A model generated the notes under the pieces. It was not told the DNA's origin. It saw nothing but the letters and a program-made list of their open reading frames with translations, and made no database searches. The translations under genes and the position numbers were made by a program. This document shows positions 38,009 through 49,784 of a DNA stretch of 64,000 nucleotides, piece after piece (positions within the stretch are counted from its first letter, which is position 1; each line of letters opens with the position of its first letter). Origin of the DNA: Bacteroidales bacterium UBA1223 (GTDB lineage Bacteria > Bacteroidota > Bacteroidia > Bacteroidales > P3); assembly GCA_002309155.1 (NCBI GenBank), contig DBXB01000025.1:19589-83588 (forward strand), given 5' to 3'.

Positions 38009-39574
38009 ATGCGTTACGAAGTTGATTTCCTTGTTATCGGTTCCGGAATCGCCGGACTCAGTTTCGCCCTCAAAGTAGCTCCTTACGGCAAAGTGTGCAT
38101 CCTTTCCAAAGGGGAAGCCTCCGAAGGATCCACCAAATACGCCCAAGGCGGCATCGCCGCTGTGATGTACGACACCGACAGCTTTGACAAACACATAGCC
38201 GACACCCTCGTTGCAGGCGACGGTATCTGTGACCGCGAAGTGGTCGAAATGACCATCCGCGAAGCACCAGAACGCATCAAGGAACTGGTGCAATACGGCG
38301 TCAACTTCGACAAAGGAAGCGGAGGCCGTTTCGACCTCCACCGCGAAGGAGGCCACTCGGAGTTCCGCATCCTTCACCACAAGGACAACACCGGAGCTGA
38401 AATCGAACGCGGACTGCTGCAAGCCATCCACGACCACCCCAATATCGAACTCAAGGAACACCAATTCGCCATCGACCTCATCACCCAGCACCATCTGGGT
38501 CAGCGGGTTACCAAACACACACCCGATATCGACTGCTACGGCGTCTATGCCCTCAACTGCAAGACCAACGAAATCGACACCTACCTCTCCAAAATGACCC
38601 TCCTCGCCACCGGCGGCATGGGCAACGTCTACACTACCACCACCACGCCGCTCATCTCCACCGGCGACGGCGTAGCCATGGTACACCGTGCCCGTGGTGT
38701 ACTGAAAGACTTGGAATTCATGCAGTTCCATCCTACAAGCCTTTACAATCCCGCCGAAAAACCGGCATTCCTCATCACCGAGGCCATGCGCGGCGCAGGG
38801 GCCATCCTCAAAGACCGCAACGGCAAGGAATTCATGCAGAAGTACGACAAGCGCTTATCGCTTGCACCGCGCGATATCGTGGCACGCGCCATCGACAACG
38901 AGATGAAACTGGCGGGCGTGGAATACCTGTATCTCGATGCTCGCGGCATCGGCAAGAACGAGCTTATCAACGGTTTCCCCACCATCTACGCCAAATGTCT
39001 GGAACTGGGCATCAATATCACCAAGGAGATGATTCCTGTCCGGCCCGCCGCCCACTACCAGTGCGGTGGCGTCAAAGTCGACAAACGCGGCCAGTCGAGC
39101 ATCCACCATCTCTATGCCGCGGGCGAGTGCTCCTGTACCGGATTGCACGGTGGCAACCGCCTGGCCAGCAACTCACTGCTCGAAGCTGTCGTCTACGCCC
39201 ACAACGCCGCCATGGACGCCATCGAGAAGGTCAACACCACCCACCTCTGCCAGAAGGTGCCCGACTGGAACGCCGAAGGCATGGTGCTCAACGAGGAGAT
39301 GGTGCTCATCACCCAGACCAAGAAAGAGCTGCAGGAAATCATGACCAACTATGTCGGCATCGTGCGCAGCGACTTGCGTCTGCGGAGGGCATTCGACCGA
39401 CTGAACCTGATTTTCCGCGAAACCGAGGAGCTCTACAACCGCAGCGTACTCACCGAGGAGCTCTCCGAACTGCGCAACCTCATAGCCTGTGCCTATCTGA
39501 TTATCAAACAGGCTATGGCCCGTCGCGAAAACGTCGGACTACATTACTCCATCGACCTTGTAGTCAACAAATAG
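38009..39574 (+). CDS. nadB: L-aspartate oxidase
   Basis: FAD motif 'FLVIGSGIAGLSFA', 'HREGGHS', 'HYQCGGV' typical of NadB/succinate dehydrogenase flavoprotein family; 521 aa. Confidence 0.93.
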   Translation: MRYEVDFLVIGSGIAGLSFALKVAPYGKVCILSKGEASEGSTKYAQGGIAAVMYDTDSFDKHIADTLVAGDGICDREVVEMTIREAPERIKELVQYGVNFDKGSGGRFDLHREGGHSEFRILHHKDNTGAEIERGLLQAIHDHPNIELKEHQFAIDLITQHHLGQRVTKHTPDIDCYGVYALNCKTNEIDTYLSKMTLLATGGMGNVYTTTTTPLISTGDGVAMVHRARGVLKDLEFMQFHPTSLYNPAEKPAFLITEAMRGAGAILKDRNGKEFMQKYDKRLSLAPRDIVARAIDNEMKLAGVEYLYLDARGIGKNELINGFPTIYAKCLELGINITKEMIPVRPAAHYQCGGVKVDKRGQSSIHHLYAAGECSCTGLHGGNRLASNSLLEAVVYAHNAAMDAIEKVNTTHLCQKVPDWNAEGMVLNEEMVLITQTKKELQEIMTNYVGIVRSDLRLRRAFDRLNLIFRETEELYNRSVLTEELSELRNLIACAYLIIKQAMARRENVGLHYSIDLVVNK

Positions 39575-39638
39575 AAACAACTATTTTCATTTCTGTGTAA
39601 ATTCTATTCTTGTTTTGTTACCTATTGTCCGAGAAACA

Positions 39639-41129
39639 ATGAAATCAATCATGAAAACAAGAATAGCGATAATGACCTTACTGCTTTTCTGTGTTGGCAG
39701 TACAAATGTCGTTGCTCAAACCACAGACACCGCCTCGTCGGTCGACACGGTCTATATTCCTGCCGACCTGCCTGACTGCATGAGGACGCTCGACGCAATA
39801 CTGTCTGACACTACAAAAAATCAGATTTTCAATACTACCAGAGCTGATTTCGGTGGACTTGCTCATTTCTCTCTCGGCTTGTGGATACGCAACAACTGGG
39901 GTCTTTGGAGAGGCTCACAGCTTCAGACCTATTTCCTCGACAACGGCATACGCCACCCCGATGACATGTCGGGTCTTATCCTCGACTGCTATTGGCAACA
40001 CCTGCATGGTCACTCACCAAACTACCGGCGTCTTCTGCGAAAGGAAAGCCGCGCCGAACAGAAATGGATACGTAAAATACAAGAATCCGAACGCCAAGAG
40101 AGTCTCAAATACCAGGAATGGGGATTTCTGGAAAACTATGAACAACCTTTCGACGACTCGACACGTACAATTGAAAGCAGCACTGCCCCGCTAAACCTTC
40201 CGCTGAAAGACAATGTGACAGGTGCCGAAGTGCGATTACGCCTTACCAGGGAAGACACTATCGGCCATACGGAAACCGACTGTCTGAAACACAATATTCA
40301 TCGCGAGGCACACTGGACTCCACGACCCGACCAGCATGTCCGCCGCATTGTCCAAGGGGTATATGGACGTGAACCCTACGGACCTGTAAAACAGATTACA
40401 ATAACAGAAAGCAAGGGGTATATCAGTCAATTGGATTTCAATCCTGACGGAACATTGGCACGCTATCTCTCCAAAGGAAAGAAAAAAACATGCAGTGAGT
40501 TTGTTTACGACGACAAAAAGCTTTCCGCCGTCAAACATCTTGTCAACGACACTCTTAGAAAAGTCGCTAGCTACAGCTATTTTGGCCACGGGCACTGCCA
40601 TGTGACAATCGTCAAATACCTATCGGACAACGGCACCGACACGACGTTTTACGACTATTGGTTCTCCGCGGAAGGCCAGCCCCTGCGACTCTGCGGCGAA
40701 AACGACTACCTGTTTCAATACGACAGCACGGGAAGGTTGGTGAACGAACTGTCGTATCAGGAGGGGCGTCTTTCAAACTGGCTATCCTATGTCTATGACG
40801 ACAGTCAGAATGTATATTATGAAATAAACAAGAATGTCTTCGAATCAATTGTTTATGCAGTTGTCCGCAATCCTATGGGTGATGTGTTAGGCGAGTGCTT
40901 CATTGAGAGACTCGACATTTTCGACCACGAAAAGACAGCCTATTCGTACAGCTACGACAAATACGGCAACTGGACAAAGTCCTATATATTGGGAAAGCTG
41001 GATGAAAAATGCAAGATAAAATACTACCGGAAATCCCAGTACAAATCCCCCTCTTATCCTTCCTCACAGGCAGGTGTATTCCCTAAACCGGGAGCTTGGA
41101 TACTCCTACACTTCGACGACATCTGGTAG
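39639..41129 (+). CDS. secreted hypothetical protein with YD/RHS-like repeats in the C-terminal half
   Basis: ATG at 39639 gives signal peptide 'MKSIMKTRIAIMTLLLFCVGSTNVVAQ'; 'YDSTGRLVNELSY', 'YSYDKYGNWTKSY' YD-type repeats. Confidence 0.55.
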   Translation: MKSIMKTRIAIMTLLLFCVGSTNVVAQTTDTASSVDTVYIPADLPDCMRTLDAILSDTTKNQIFNTTRADFGGLAHFSLGLWIRNNWGLWRGSQLQTYFLDNGIRHPDDMSGLILDCYWQHLHGHSPNYRRLLRKESRAEQKWIRKIQESERQESLKYQEWGFLENYEQPFDDSTRTIESSTAPLNLPLKDNVTGAEVRLRLTREDTIGHTETDCLKHNIHREAHWTPRPDQHVRRIVQGVYGREPYGPVKQITITESKGYISQLDFNPDGTLARYLSKGKKKTCSEFVYDDKKLSAVKHLVNDTLRKVASYSYFGHGHCHVTIVKYLSDNGTDTTFYDYWFSAEGQPLRLCGENDYLFQYDSTGRLVNELSYQEGRLSNWLSYVYDDSQNVYYEINKNVFESIVYAVVRNPMGDVLGECFIERLDIFDHEKTAYSYSYDKYGNWTKSYILGKLDEKCKIKYYRKSQYKSPSYPSSQAGVFPKPGAWILLHFDDIW

Positions 41130-41144
41130 TCCTGACTGATTACC

Positions 41145-42329
41145 TCAACGCTCCAGTGCCGCAGCCATGCGGTCAAGCGCCTCGAGCAGCATAGAGCGCG
41201 GACAGCCGATATTCATGCGGAACCAGCCTTCGTAATCGGTACCGCCGAAGGTGGTGCCGTCGTTCAGCGCCAACCGTGCTTTGTTGACCAGCAAATCAGC
41301 CAATTCTTTGTGCGACCTACCATAGGCCGACAAATCCAGCCATGCCAGATAGGAGGCTTCGGGGAGCACTGCCTGAACCCGCGGTAGCCGCTGTGCCAGA
41401 AAGTCTCGCAGGCAGTCGACATTCGACTGCAGATAGTCGAGCATCTGCAACCGCCATTCCTCGCCATTGGCAAAAGCCGCCTCGGCGCCGACAAAAGCAA
41501 AGATGTTGCCACCGGCGACACCCATAGCATCCAGCCAACCAAAGAAACGGTCCCTCAATACAGGATCGGCTATATAGCAGGTGGAACTGCCTAATCCGGC
41601 GATATTGAAAGTCTTGCTTGGTGCCATGAATGTCAGACTATTGGTTTTTGCATTCTGGCATACGGTGCTGTAACTGACGTGGTTGTGTCCAGGCAGGGTC
41701 AGGTCGGCGTGAATCTCATCAGAGATGACAATTACTCCGTACTTGTGACAGATGTCTGCCACTCTTGTAAGAACTTCCTTGCCCCAGACGGTTCCAGCAG
41801 GGTTGTGAGGATTTGAGAGGATAAGCATCTTGCAGTCACCTGCAAGTCGTTCAAAATTGTCGAAATCAATGACGAACCGTCCTTCTTCAATCTTCAGTGG
41901 ACTGCATACAACCTCGCGTTGGCAGGCTTTGGGAAGGTTGAGGAAGGGGGGATAGACAGGAGTCGTCACCAGTATCTTGTCACCGGGCATCGTCAGACTA
42001 AGCAGAGCGTATGCAATTCCCGCCACGATGCCGGGAATGAAATGAATCTCTTTAGATGAGGCACAGATGCCATAATGACTTTCAAGCCAATCGAGTACAG
42101 ATTTCTGATAGCTCTCAGGGGCGATGCCATATCCGAGGACTTCGTGATTGCAACGTTCTTTTATGGCGTCGAGAACAAAGTCGGGGGATCGAAAATCCAT
42201 GTCGGCAACCCACATGGGCAGAAGGTCTTCACGTCCGTAAAAATGAGTCAGGGCATCGTATTTGACACAGTCAGTGCCGTGTCTTTCTATTGCTTCGTCA
42301 AAATTGTACTGTTTCTTCATTGTTGTCAT
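41145..42329 (-). CDS. PatB/MalY-family PLP-dependent C-S lyase (aminotransferase class I/II fold)
   Basis: 394 aa; 'LSNPHNPAG', PLP-lysine context 'APSKTFNIAG'. Confidence 0.85.
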   Translation of the reverse strand: MTTMKKQYNFDEAIERHGTDCVKYDALTHFYGREDLLPMWVADMDFRSPDFVLDAIKERCNHEVLGYGIAPESYQKSVLDWLESHYGICASSKEIHFIPGIVAGIAYALLSLTMPGDKILVTTPVYPPFLNLPKACQREVVCSPLKIEEGRFVIDFDNFERLAGDCKMLILSNPHNPAGTVWGKEVLTRVADICHKYGVIVISDEIHADLTLPGHNHVSYSTVCQNAKTNSLTFMAPSKTFNIAGLGSSTCYIADPVLRDRFFGWLDAMGVAGGNIFAFVGAEAAFANGEEWRLQMLDYLQSNVDCLRDFLAQRLPRVQAVLPEASYLAWLDLSAYGRSHKELADLLVNKARLALNDGTTFGGTDYEGWFRMNIGCPRSMLLEALDRMAAALER

Positions 42330-42483
42330 TATTGAGAGATTGCTCCCTAATAACTGTAATGACAGATAATTATTGTGTTATTAATGGTTTGAAAATGATA
42401 AATCTAGTGGTCGAATCGTTATGGTCGGCGACATGTGGGAAGAAAAAATAATGCGTTTTATGAAATAAAACAAAAATAATCTG

Positions 42484-42491
42484 TATCTTTG
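42484..42491 (+). promoter_or_regulatory. -7 box TATCTTTG for the atpE operon
   Basis: TAnnTTTG match 95 nt upstream of the atpE ATG. Confidence 0.55.
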
Positions 42492-42573
42492 CATACTTGT
42501 TATGACTGATTGTTTGGGAATACAGTTTGCTGTTTCCCTTAGAGTTAGTATGCATCTTATTAAAAACATATAA

Positions 42574-42846
<273 letters not shown>

Positions 42847-42929
42847 AATGTTCGGTTTGATGCCTGAGGCGATGGGCCAAAGGCATCAAACCTTTTCTAA
42901 GATTACGTAGAAACTAATCAATACCTAAT

Positions 42930-43427
42930 ATGAACAATCCGTTAGTTAGTCCTGGCCTGGGTGTTATTTTCTGGATGATCGTCGCTTTCGGCATCTTGGC
43001 ATTTATCCTCATGAAATGGGGATGGCCGGTGATTTTGAAATCGCTCGATGAGAGGGAGAAAGCTATAAGCGACTCGCTTGAGGCCGCCGACAAGATGAAG
43101 AAGGAGATGGAAAACCTTCAGGTGAAGAATGAAGAGCTTTTGAAAGAGGCAAAAGTGCAGCGTGACGAGATACTGCGTAATGCCCGTCTTGCAGGTGAGC
43201 AGATTGTCGAGGATGCGCGTGCCAAGGCGACTGTCGAGGCTGACAGAATTGTAGAAAATGCCAGAGAGAATATCAACTATGAGAAACTCAAGGCAATGCA
43301 CGACCTCAAGAACCAGATAGCCAATCTCTCGATAGAAATTGCCGAGAAACTTATCAAGAGCGAGCTTGAGGACAAGCAGAAAGCTACGGAGTTTGTTGCC
43401 AAAGAGTTGGAAGACGCACAGTTCTAA
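42930..43427 (+). CDS. atpF: F0F1 ATP synthase subunit b
   Basis: 165 aa, one N-terminal TM then long charged helix; operon position. Confidence 0.9.
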   Translation: MNNPLVSPGLGVIFWMIVAFGILAFILMKWGWPVILKSLDEREKAISDSLEAADKMKKEMENLQVKNEELLKEAKVQRDEILRNARLAGEQIVEDARAKATVEADRIVENARENINYEKLKAMHDLKNQIANLSIEIAEKLIKSELEDKQKATEFVAKELEDAQF

Positions 43428-43442
43428 CCAAGATTATTCGAC

Positions 43443-44000
43443 GTGGAAGACTACAGAATAAATATCAATTACGCCAAGGCTCTTTTTATGGTCGCCACCG
43501 ACGAGAACCAACTCGACGCAGTGAATGACGATATGCGGTTGGTGCATTCGGTATGTGCCGACAATCACATATTGAATGTGGTTTTTGCCAATCCTTTCAT
43601 TCAGGAAGGGAAGAAGATTGCTATATTGAAAGATATTTTTGATGATAAGATATCGAAAATCAGTATGCTGTTTATCTCTTTTGTGGTGAAGAAACGCCGC
43701 ACCGTGAATCTGAAGGGCATCTCCAATGCTTTTGTGGAACTGTATCGTAAAGAGAAAAACGTTGTTCTCTCTCATCTGGTAACCGCCACAGAGGTCGACG
43801 AGTCTGCCCGTCGGTCGGTGATTGATAAAATTGCTGAATATACTGGTAAGGTCGTTGAGTTAGAGTCGGAAGTGAATCCGGAAATCCTTGGTGGTTTTGG
43901 AATAACATTCGACAATAATATGTATGATGACAGTATCAGCACAGCCATCAACAAACTGAGAAAAGAGTTTAGCAAGAATGTGTATGAGAGTAAACTGTAA
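43443..44000 (+). CDS. atpH: F0F1 ATP synthase subunit delta (OSCP)
   Basis: 185 aa, 'P.ILGGF.I..D...YD.S' C-terminal signature; GTG start. Confidence 0.88.
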   Translation: MEDYRININYAKALFMVATDENQLDAVNDDMRLVHSVCADNHILNVVFANPFIQEGKKIAILKDIFDDKISKISMLFISFVVKKRRTVNLKGISNAFVELYRKEKNVVLSHLVTATEVDESARRSVIDKIAEYTGKVVELESEVNPEILGGFGITFDNNMYDDSISTAINKLRKEFSKNVYESKL

Positions 44001-44056
44001 CGAATTAATAATATCCCTAACTATATATCCCCTTTAACCTTTATAATCCCTAATTT

Positions 44057-45637
44057 ATGTCAGAGATAAAACCTGCCGAAGTATCGGCGATATTAAAGAA
44101 ACAACTTGCTGAAGTAGACCTCGATGTGGCGTTGGAAGAAATCGGCACCGTACTTACCGTCGGTGACGGCATCGCCCGCGTTTATGGTCTTAACAATGCC
44201 CAGTCGGGTGAGTTGGTGGAATTCGCAACCGGGGAACAAGGTATTGTCCAGAACTTGGAGGAGGATAATGTGGGTATAGTCATGCTGGCAGAGTCCAACA
44301 CCATCAATGAGGGCGACACCGTGAAACGTACCAAACGTATCGCTTCGGTAAAAGTCGGTGAGAAACTTGTGGGTAGAGTCATCAACACCATTGGTGAGCC
44401 TATTGATGGCAAAGGTCCTATTGAGGGAGAGTTGTATGATATGCCAATCGAACGTAAAGCCCCTGGCGTTATATTCCGTCAGCCTGTCGAGCAGCCGCTC
44501 CAGACTGGTATCAAGGCTATAGACTCGATGATACCCATTGGAAGAGGCCAGCGTGAGCTTATTATCGGCGACCGTCAGACGGGTAAGACAGCCATTGCTA
44601 TAGACACTATCATCAACCAGAAGAATTTCTACGATGCCGGCGACCCTGTATACTGTATCTATGTCGCCTGCGGACAGAAAGGCTCGACTGTTGCCAACTT
44701 GGTAAAGAACCTGGAGGAGAAGGGCGCCATGGATTATACCATTGTCGTTGCCGCCACAGCATCCGACCCCGCCGCTATGCAGTTCTACGCTCCCTTTGCC
44801 GGAGCCGCTATTGGCGAGTATTTCCGTGACACAGGTCGCAACGCGCTTGTCATTTACGACGACCTCAGCAAGCAGGCTGTAGCTTATCGTGAAGTCTCAC
44901 TTCTGCTCCGTCGCCCGCCCGGACGTGAGGCTTATCCCGGAGATGTCTTCTATCTCCATTCGCGTCTGCTTGAACGTGCCGCCCGCATTATCCAAAGCGA
45001 CGAGATAGCAAGTCAGATGAACGACCTTCCGGTGGCTTTGAAAGACAAGGTGAAAGGTGGTGGTTCACTCACTGCGTTGCCTATCATCGAGACTCAAGCC
45101 GGTGACGTGTCGGCGTATATCCCGACAAACGTTATCTCCATCACCGATGGACAGATATTCCTTGAGACAAACCTCTTCAACTCTGGAGTACGTCCCGCCA
45201 TCAATGTCGGTATCTCGGTCTCTCGAGTGGGTGGTAAGGCTCAGATTAAGTCCATGAAGAAGATTGCCGGTACACTTAAACTCGACCAGGCTCAGTATCG
45301 TGAACTTGAGGCTTTCTCCAAATTCGGCAGTGACCTTGACGCCGCTACCAAGGCGGTGCTTGACAAGGGTGTGCGAAATGTGGAGATATTGAAACAACCT
45401 CAGTATACCCCTATGCCTGTTGAAGAGCAGGTCGCCATCATCTTCTGCGGTACCAATGGTCTGATCCAGAAAGTTCCCGTGGATAAGGTTCATAATTTCG
45501 AAACAGAGTACCTCTTCTATCTACGCCAGAATCACTCCCAACTGTTGTCCAACCTTAAGAGTGGAAAGCTTCTCGACGAGGATTTGGCAACCATGCGTAA
45601 AGTCGCGGCGGATTTGAGCGCCAAGTATTCTAAATAG
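44057..45637 (+). CDS. atpA: F0F1 ATP synthase subunit alpha
   Basis: Walker A '[11 protein letters not shown]', '[27 protein letters not shown]'. Confidence 0.98.
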   Translation: MSEIKPAEVSAILKKQLAEVDLDVALEEIGTVLTVGDGIARVYGLNNAQSGELVEFATGEQGIVQNLEEDNVGIVMLAESNTINEGDTVKRTKRIASVKVGEKLVGRVINTIGEPIDGKGPIEGELYDMPIERKAPGVIFRQPVEQPLQTGIKAIDSMIPIGRGQRELIIGDRQTGKTAIAIDTIINQKNFYDAGDPVYCIYVACGQKGSTVANLVKNLEEKGAMDYTIVVAATASDPAAMQFYAPFAGAAIGEYFRDTGRNALVIYDDLSKQAVAYREVSLLLRRPPGREAYPGDVFYLHSRLLERAARIIQSDEIASQMNDLPVALKDKVKGGGSLTALPIIETQAGDVSAYIPTNVISITDGQIFLETNLFNSGVRPAINVGISVSRVGGKAQIKSMKKIAGTLKLDQAQYRELEAFSKFGSDLDAATKAVLDKGVRNVEILKQPQYTPMPVEEQVAIIFCGTNGLIQKVPVDKVHNFETEYLFYLRQNHSQLLSNLKSGKLLDEDLATMRKVAADLSAKYSK

Positions 45638-45685
45638 TTCTTGAATTTCGAAGTTCATTATTGATGAATTCTTAATCGTAACTCA

Positions 45686-46561
45686 ATGGCCAATTTAAAG
45701 GAAGTTCGAACCCGCATTGCCTCGGTGAGCAGCACTCAGCAAATCACCTCTGCCATGAAGATGGTATCTGCCGCCAAATTCCGCAGGGCACAGATAGCCA
45801 TTCTCGGAATGCGTCCTTACGCTTCTCAGCTGAATGAGATAATGAGTGATATCGATGTCGAGGACGGCGTGATGACCCCATATCATGAAACGCGACAGCC
45901 CGATAAAGTGTTGTTAGTGGTCGTGACTTCAAACAAAGGTCTTTGCGGTGCATTTAACTCCAACGTCATCAAGCAAGCGTCAGCTCGCCTTGAGTATTAT
46001 AGAACCTCGGGATGTGAGAGCGTGCGTTTGATTACCATCGGAAAGCGTGGAACAGAGTTTTTCTCCAAGCAGAAAGATCTGGTTCTAAAATCGTATGACG
46101 CCATTCTCGATGCACCTGCATTTGATGAAGTGTCGGCTATATGCGAGAGTCTTATGTCTTCATTCTGCGACAAGGAGTATGACCGTATAGAGCTGGTGTA
46201 TAACCAATTCAAAAACTCGCTCACACAAATCCTCTCTACCGAGCAGTTCTTGCCTATAGTGACTAAATCGTCAAACTCTGCGTCAACTGCCAAGACCCGT
46301 CATGACTATATCTACGAGCCCGACAAGGTGACAATCCTCAAGGAGATGGTGCCTATGACGTTGCGGTCTCAGTTCTACCGAGTCATACTCGATTCGTTGG
46401 CGGCAGAGCATGGCGCCCGTATGACAGCTATGCAGAAGGCTACGGATAATGCAACGGAGTTGCTTAAGGATTTGAAATTGAGCTATAACAAAGCGCGTCA
46501 GGCGGCTATCACCAACGAGATTATCGAGATAGTTAGTGGCTCTGAGGCATTGAAAGGATAA
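45686..46561 (+). CDS. atpG: F0F1 ATP synthase subunit gamma
   Basis: 'KEVRTRIASVSSTQQITSAMKMVSAAK' N-terminus and 'ITNEIIEIVSG' C-terminus. Confidence 0.96.
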   Translation: MANLKEVRTRIASVSSTQQITSAMKMVSAAKFRRAQIAILGMRPYASQLNEIMSDIDVEDGVMTPYHETRQPDKVLLVVVTSNKGLCGAFNSNVIKQASARLEYYRTSGCESVRLITIGKRGTEFFSKQKDLVLKSYDAILDAPAFDEVSAICESLMSSFCDKEYDRIELVYNQFKNSLTQILSTEQFLPIVTKSSNSASTAKTRHDYIYEPDKVTILKEMVPMTLRSQFYRVILDSLAAEHGARMTAMQKATDNATELLKDLKLSYNKARQAAITNEIIEIVSGSEALKG

Positions 46562-46579
46562 TTGTATTTTATTGATAAT

Positions 46580-47887
46580 ATGGATAAAAAACAGAATTAC
46601 ACAATTCCAATCATCGTGATGATTTTCATCTTCGCGATGATTTCTTTTGTTACCAATATGGCCGCTCCATTCGGCAATATCTGGAAGAACAGTTATGAGT
46701 GGTCCGGTATGCTTGGCAATATGATGAATTTCCTGGCTTACCTTATTATGGGTATTCCCGCCGGAAAGCTGTTGTCGAAGATTGGTTACAAGAAAACTGC
46801 ACTGATAGCCATGGGTATTGGATTTGCCGGTGTGCTTATCCAATATTTGTCCAGCCTGTGGGGGGCTAATGTTGACACCTTCACTGTTGGAGGACAGCCG
46901 GTCAAGCTCAATTTCTTGATTTATCTTACGGGGGCTTTTGTTTGTGGATTCTGTGTCTGCATGCTTAACACTGTCGTTAACCCCATGCTTAACCTGCTGG
47001 GTGGTGGCGGCAACCGTGGCAACCAGCTTATTCAGACAGGAGGAACGCTGAATTCCCTTACAGGAACTCTGACTCCCTTGCTGGTCGGCGCACTGATCGG
47101 ACAGGTCACTGACCGTACCTCGATGAGCGACGTGTCCCCGTTGCTGTTCATCGCTATGGGTGTGTTTGCCATCGCTTTCCTGATTATCTTTTTTGTGAAT
47201 ATCCCCGAACCAAATCTTGGCCGTAACAGTAATGTGTCGGGAGAGAAGAGCAAATACAGCGCATGGAGTTTCCGCCATCTGGTTCTCGGTGTTGTGGCTA
47301 TTTTCTTCTATGTTGGCATAGAGGTTGGTATTCCCGGCGAATTGAATTTCTATCTTACCGACGATCCTCTCTGTGGTGCCGCCATAGGTGGAGCTGTCGC
47401 AGCCATGTATTGGTTGCTCATGATGGTCGGCCGTGCCGCTAGTACGGCAATAAGTGGCAAGGTCTCAACCCGTGCCCAGCTGATAACAGTATCGGTGACA
47501 GCCATAGTCTTTGTCCTTGTCGCCATCATACTTCCGAGCGATATCAGAGTCTCGATGCCCGGTTACAGTGTCGCCGATGGATTCTCGATGTTCCAGGTGC
47601 CTCTGAGCGCACTATTCCTTGTCCTCTGCGGACTCTGCACCTCATTGATGTGGGGCGGTATTTTCAACCTCTCTGTCGAAGGATTGGGTAAATACACTGA
47701 GCAGGCGTCAGGAATATTTATGATGATGGTCGTCGGTGGTGGCGTGATGCCTCTTATTCAGAATGCAATAGGCAAGAGCGTCGGATATATCGCAAGCTAT
47801 TGGCTTGTGGTTGCCATGCTCGTCTATATACTATTTTATGCTCTGGTGGGATCCAAGAATGTCAATAAAGATATCCCTACAGAGTAA
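46580..47887 (+). CDS. MFS sugar transporter (glucose/galactose or fucose permease-like)
   Basis: ATG at 46580; 12 TM; N-terminal 'FAMISFVTNMAAPFGNIWK' resembles the GluP/FucP subfamily. Confidence 0.7.
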   Translation: MDKKQNYTIPIIVMIFIFAMISFVTNMAAPFGNIWKNSYEWSGMLGNMMNFLAYLIMGIPAGKLLSKIGYKKTALIAMGIGFAGVLIQYLSSLWGANVDTFTVGGQPVKLNFLIYLTGAFVCGFCVCMLNTVVNPMLNLLGGGGNRGNQLIQTGGTLNSLTGTLTPLLVGALIGQVTDRTSMSDVSPLLFIAMGVFAIAFLIIFFVNIPEPNLGRNSNVSGEKSKYSAWSFRHLVLGVVAIFFYVGIEVGIPGELNFYLTDDPLCGAAIGGAVAAMYWLLMMVGRAASTAISGKVSTRAQLITVSVTAIVFVLVAIILPSDIRVSMPGYSVADGFSMFQVPLSALFLVLCGLCTSLMWGGIFNLSVEGLGKYTEQASGIFMMMVVGGGVMPLIQNAIGKSVGYIASYWLVVAMLVYILFYALVGSKNVNKDIPTE

Positions 47888-47934
47888 TTATTAACACAGG
47901 GGTCCTTGCTAAACCCCCTTTAACAAAACAAGAA

Positions 47935-48645
47935 ATGAGTAACCGTAAGTTACAGGTCAGTTACCTGTTTTTAGTCCTTGTCGCACTTTTCTGTGTGTGT
48001 CTGGTGGCATCCAACCTCTTCGCCGCCAAGCCTTTTACCTTCGGACACCTTTCCTTTACAGGTGCCATACTTATTTTCCCATTGAGCTACATCATCAATG
48101 ATGTGGTTGCCGAGGTGTGGGGATTCCGAAAAGCCAGGGCGCTTATATGGCTTGCCTTTGGATTGAATTTCTTCTTTGTGATTGCAGGCTTCATTGTGGA
48201 TATTATTCCTGGGGCTCCATGGTGGGAAGAGACTGCGTCGAGTGGATTCCATGCTGTCTTTGGACTTGCTCCCCGTGTTGCGGGAGCGTCGTTTCTGGCT
48301 TTCATCGTCGGTTCATATGTCAATGCTATGGTCATTTCGAAGATGAAGGTGCGTCAGAAGGGGCGTTTCTTTGTCGTAAGAGCGGTGGTCAGCAGCCTCT
48401 TTGGGGAGCTGTGCGATTCGATGATATTCTTCCCGATAGCACTGGCCGGAGTTGTTATCCCTTGGAGTCAGATGCCTACATTTGTCCTGTGGCAGGTGTT
48501 GCTGAAGACTGCGTATGAAATAGTTATCCTCCCGATAACAGTCCGTGTTGTGAGATGGGTGAAGAAATATGAGGGCGTTGATGTTTATGACGTTAATATA
48601 AAGTATACGCTCTGGCCTGAAAGAATGAAAAGCCAAAACAACTAA
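47935..48645 (+). CDS. yhhQ: queuosine-precursor transporter (YhhQ/DUF165 family)
   Basis: 236-aa membrane protein, '[21 protein letters not shown]'; adjacent to queF. Confidence 0.8.
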   Translation: MSNRKLQVSYLFLVLVALFCVCLVASNLFAAKPFTFGHLSFTGAILIFPLSYIINDVVAEVWGFRKARALIWLAFGLNFFFVIAGFIVDIIPGAPWWEETASSGFHAVFGLAPRVAGASFLAFIVGSYVNAMVISKMKVRQKGRFFVVRAVVSSLFGELCDSMIFFPIALAGVVIPWSQMPTFVLWQVLLKTAYEIVILPITVRVVRWVKKYEGVDVYDVNIKYTLWPERMKSQNN

Positions 48646-48653
48646 AACGTACC

Positions 48654-49112
48654 ATGAATAGACAGTCAGATAATTTGCAGGCTCTGGGCAATCGGAGCGA
48701 ATATTCAACAGATTACAATCCCAAGGTCCTCGAAACATTTGAGAATCTTCATCAGGAAAATGATTATTGGGTCGAGTTCCTCTGTCCGGAATTCACCACG
48801 CTGTGCCCTATCACAGGTCAGCCTGATTTTGCCGAGATAGTGATACGATATATACCGGATAAGAGAATGGTGGAGAGCAAGAGCCTGAAACTCTATCTTT
48901 TCTCATTCCGTAATCATGGTGATTTCCATGAGGATTGTGTCAATATCATCATGAAAGATTTGATCAAGCTTATGGACCCTCGTTATATCGAAGTCTTAGG
49001 ACGTTTCGTTCCCCGTGGTGGTATAGCCATTCATCCCTATGCCAACTATGGTCGTCCGGGTACAAAGTATGAGGAGATGGCATTGCACCGCATGTCAAAC
49101 TACAAGCTTTAG
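48654..49112 (+). CDS. queF: NADPH-dependent 7-cyano-7-deazaguanine (preQ0) reductase, type I
   Basis: '[20 protein letters not shown]', '[20 protein letters not shown]' QueF motifs. Confidence 0.93.
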   Translation: MNRQSDNLQALGNRSEYSTDYNPKVLETFENLHQENDYWVEFLCPEFTTLCPITGQPDFAEIVIRYIPDKRMVESKSLKLYLFSFRNHGDFHEDCVNIIMKDLIKLMDPRYIEVLGRFVPRGGIAIHPYANYGRPGTKYEEMALHRMSNYKL

Positions 49113-49127
49113 GAAGAATTAGAATCC

Positions 49128-49622
49128 TCAGACAAACAATTCTTTGATGACGAAGATTATGGCGAAGACGCCATAGGCGAGCTTCAATCCTGTGCCTGTA
49201 AGGAACCCCAGGAAGGCTCCCCATGCCGCGCGGAGGGCATCCTGACGTTGTTTCCCTGAAATAAGTTCACCGACAAGAGCACCGATAAAGGGCCAGAAGA
49301 TAACTCCGATGAGTCCTTGAGGGCCGAAGGGTAGTCCAATGATGGAGATGACGAGGCCGATATTGCAGCCCCAAACTCCATATTTGCTGCCTCCGTGTCG
49401 CTTGGTGCTCCAAGAGGGTACCACATAGTCGAGTATAGTGATGACTATGGCGGCGATGGCAGTGCCAATAAGAAAACCAGTACTGAACTGAGCCGCGTCG
49501 CTCAGGTGAATAAGCAATAGGGCCAGCCAGCTGAACGGAGGTCCTGGTAGTCCCGGAATTATCGACCCCAATATGCCGACCAGAGCGGCCAAGACAGCAA
49601 GTATGATGATGACGGTATTCAT
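49128..49622 (-). CDS. DUF456-family membrane protein
   Basis: 164 aa, 4 TM, 'GSIIPGLPGPPFSWLALLL' N-terminus typical of DUF456. Confidence 0.7.
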   Translation of the reverse strand: MNTVIIILAVLAALVGILGSIIPGLPGPPFSWLALLLIHLSDAAQFSTGFLIGTAIAAIVITILDYVVPSWSTKRHGGSKYGVWGCNIGLVISIIGLPFGPQGLIGVIFWPFIGALVGELISGKQRQDALRAAWGAFLGFLTGTGLKLAYGVFAIIFVIKELFV

Positions 49623-49750
49623 GCTAGAGGTTGGTTTGTTATAGAAACTTGATTGTGCTTCTTTTATTGTGAAGTGCCGATTATTTCCTCTTTGGGAGTA
49701 TCGGTGTCATACACCTCTGCTCGGAACCGATTGGGCTGTCCATAACCTTG

Positions 49751-49784
49751 TATATATAAAAATGGGGCGTCAGTATGACGCCCC
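49751..49784 (-). terminator. intrinsic terminator closing the 13-gene minus-strand gene array
   Basis: GGGGCGTCA-tac-TGACGCCCC followed on the minus strand by ATTTTTATATATA. Confidence 0.75.

Noticed and set aside
37982-39600. 249-aa minus-strand ORF and 201-aa out-of-frame plus-strand ORF over nadB
   Set aside because: Both overlap the clearly recognisable L-aspartate oxidase frame. Their Gly/Val/Asp-rich or Arg/Pro-rich translations are typical of off-frame reading of GC-rich coding DNA.
46283-47278. 331-aa minus-strand ORF
   Set aside because: It is antisense to the atpG 3' end and the MFS transporter gene. It has no motifs and is a shadow ORF.
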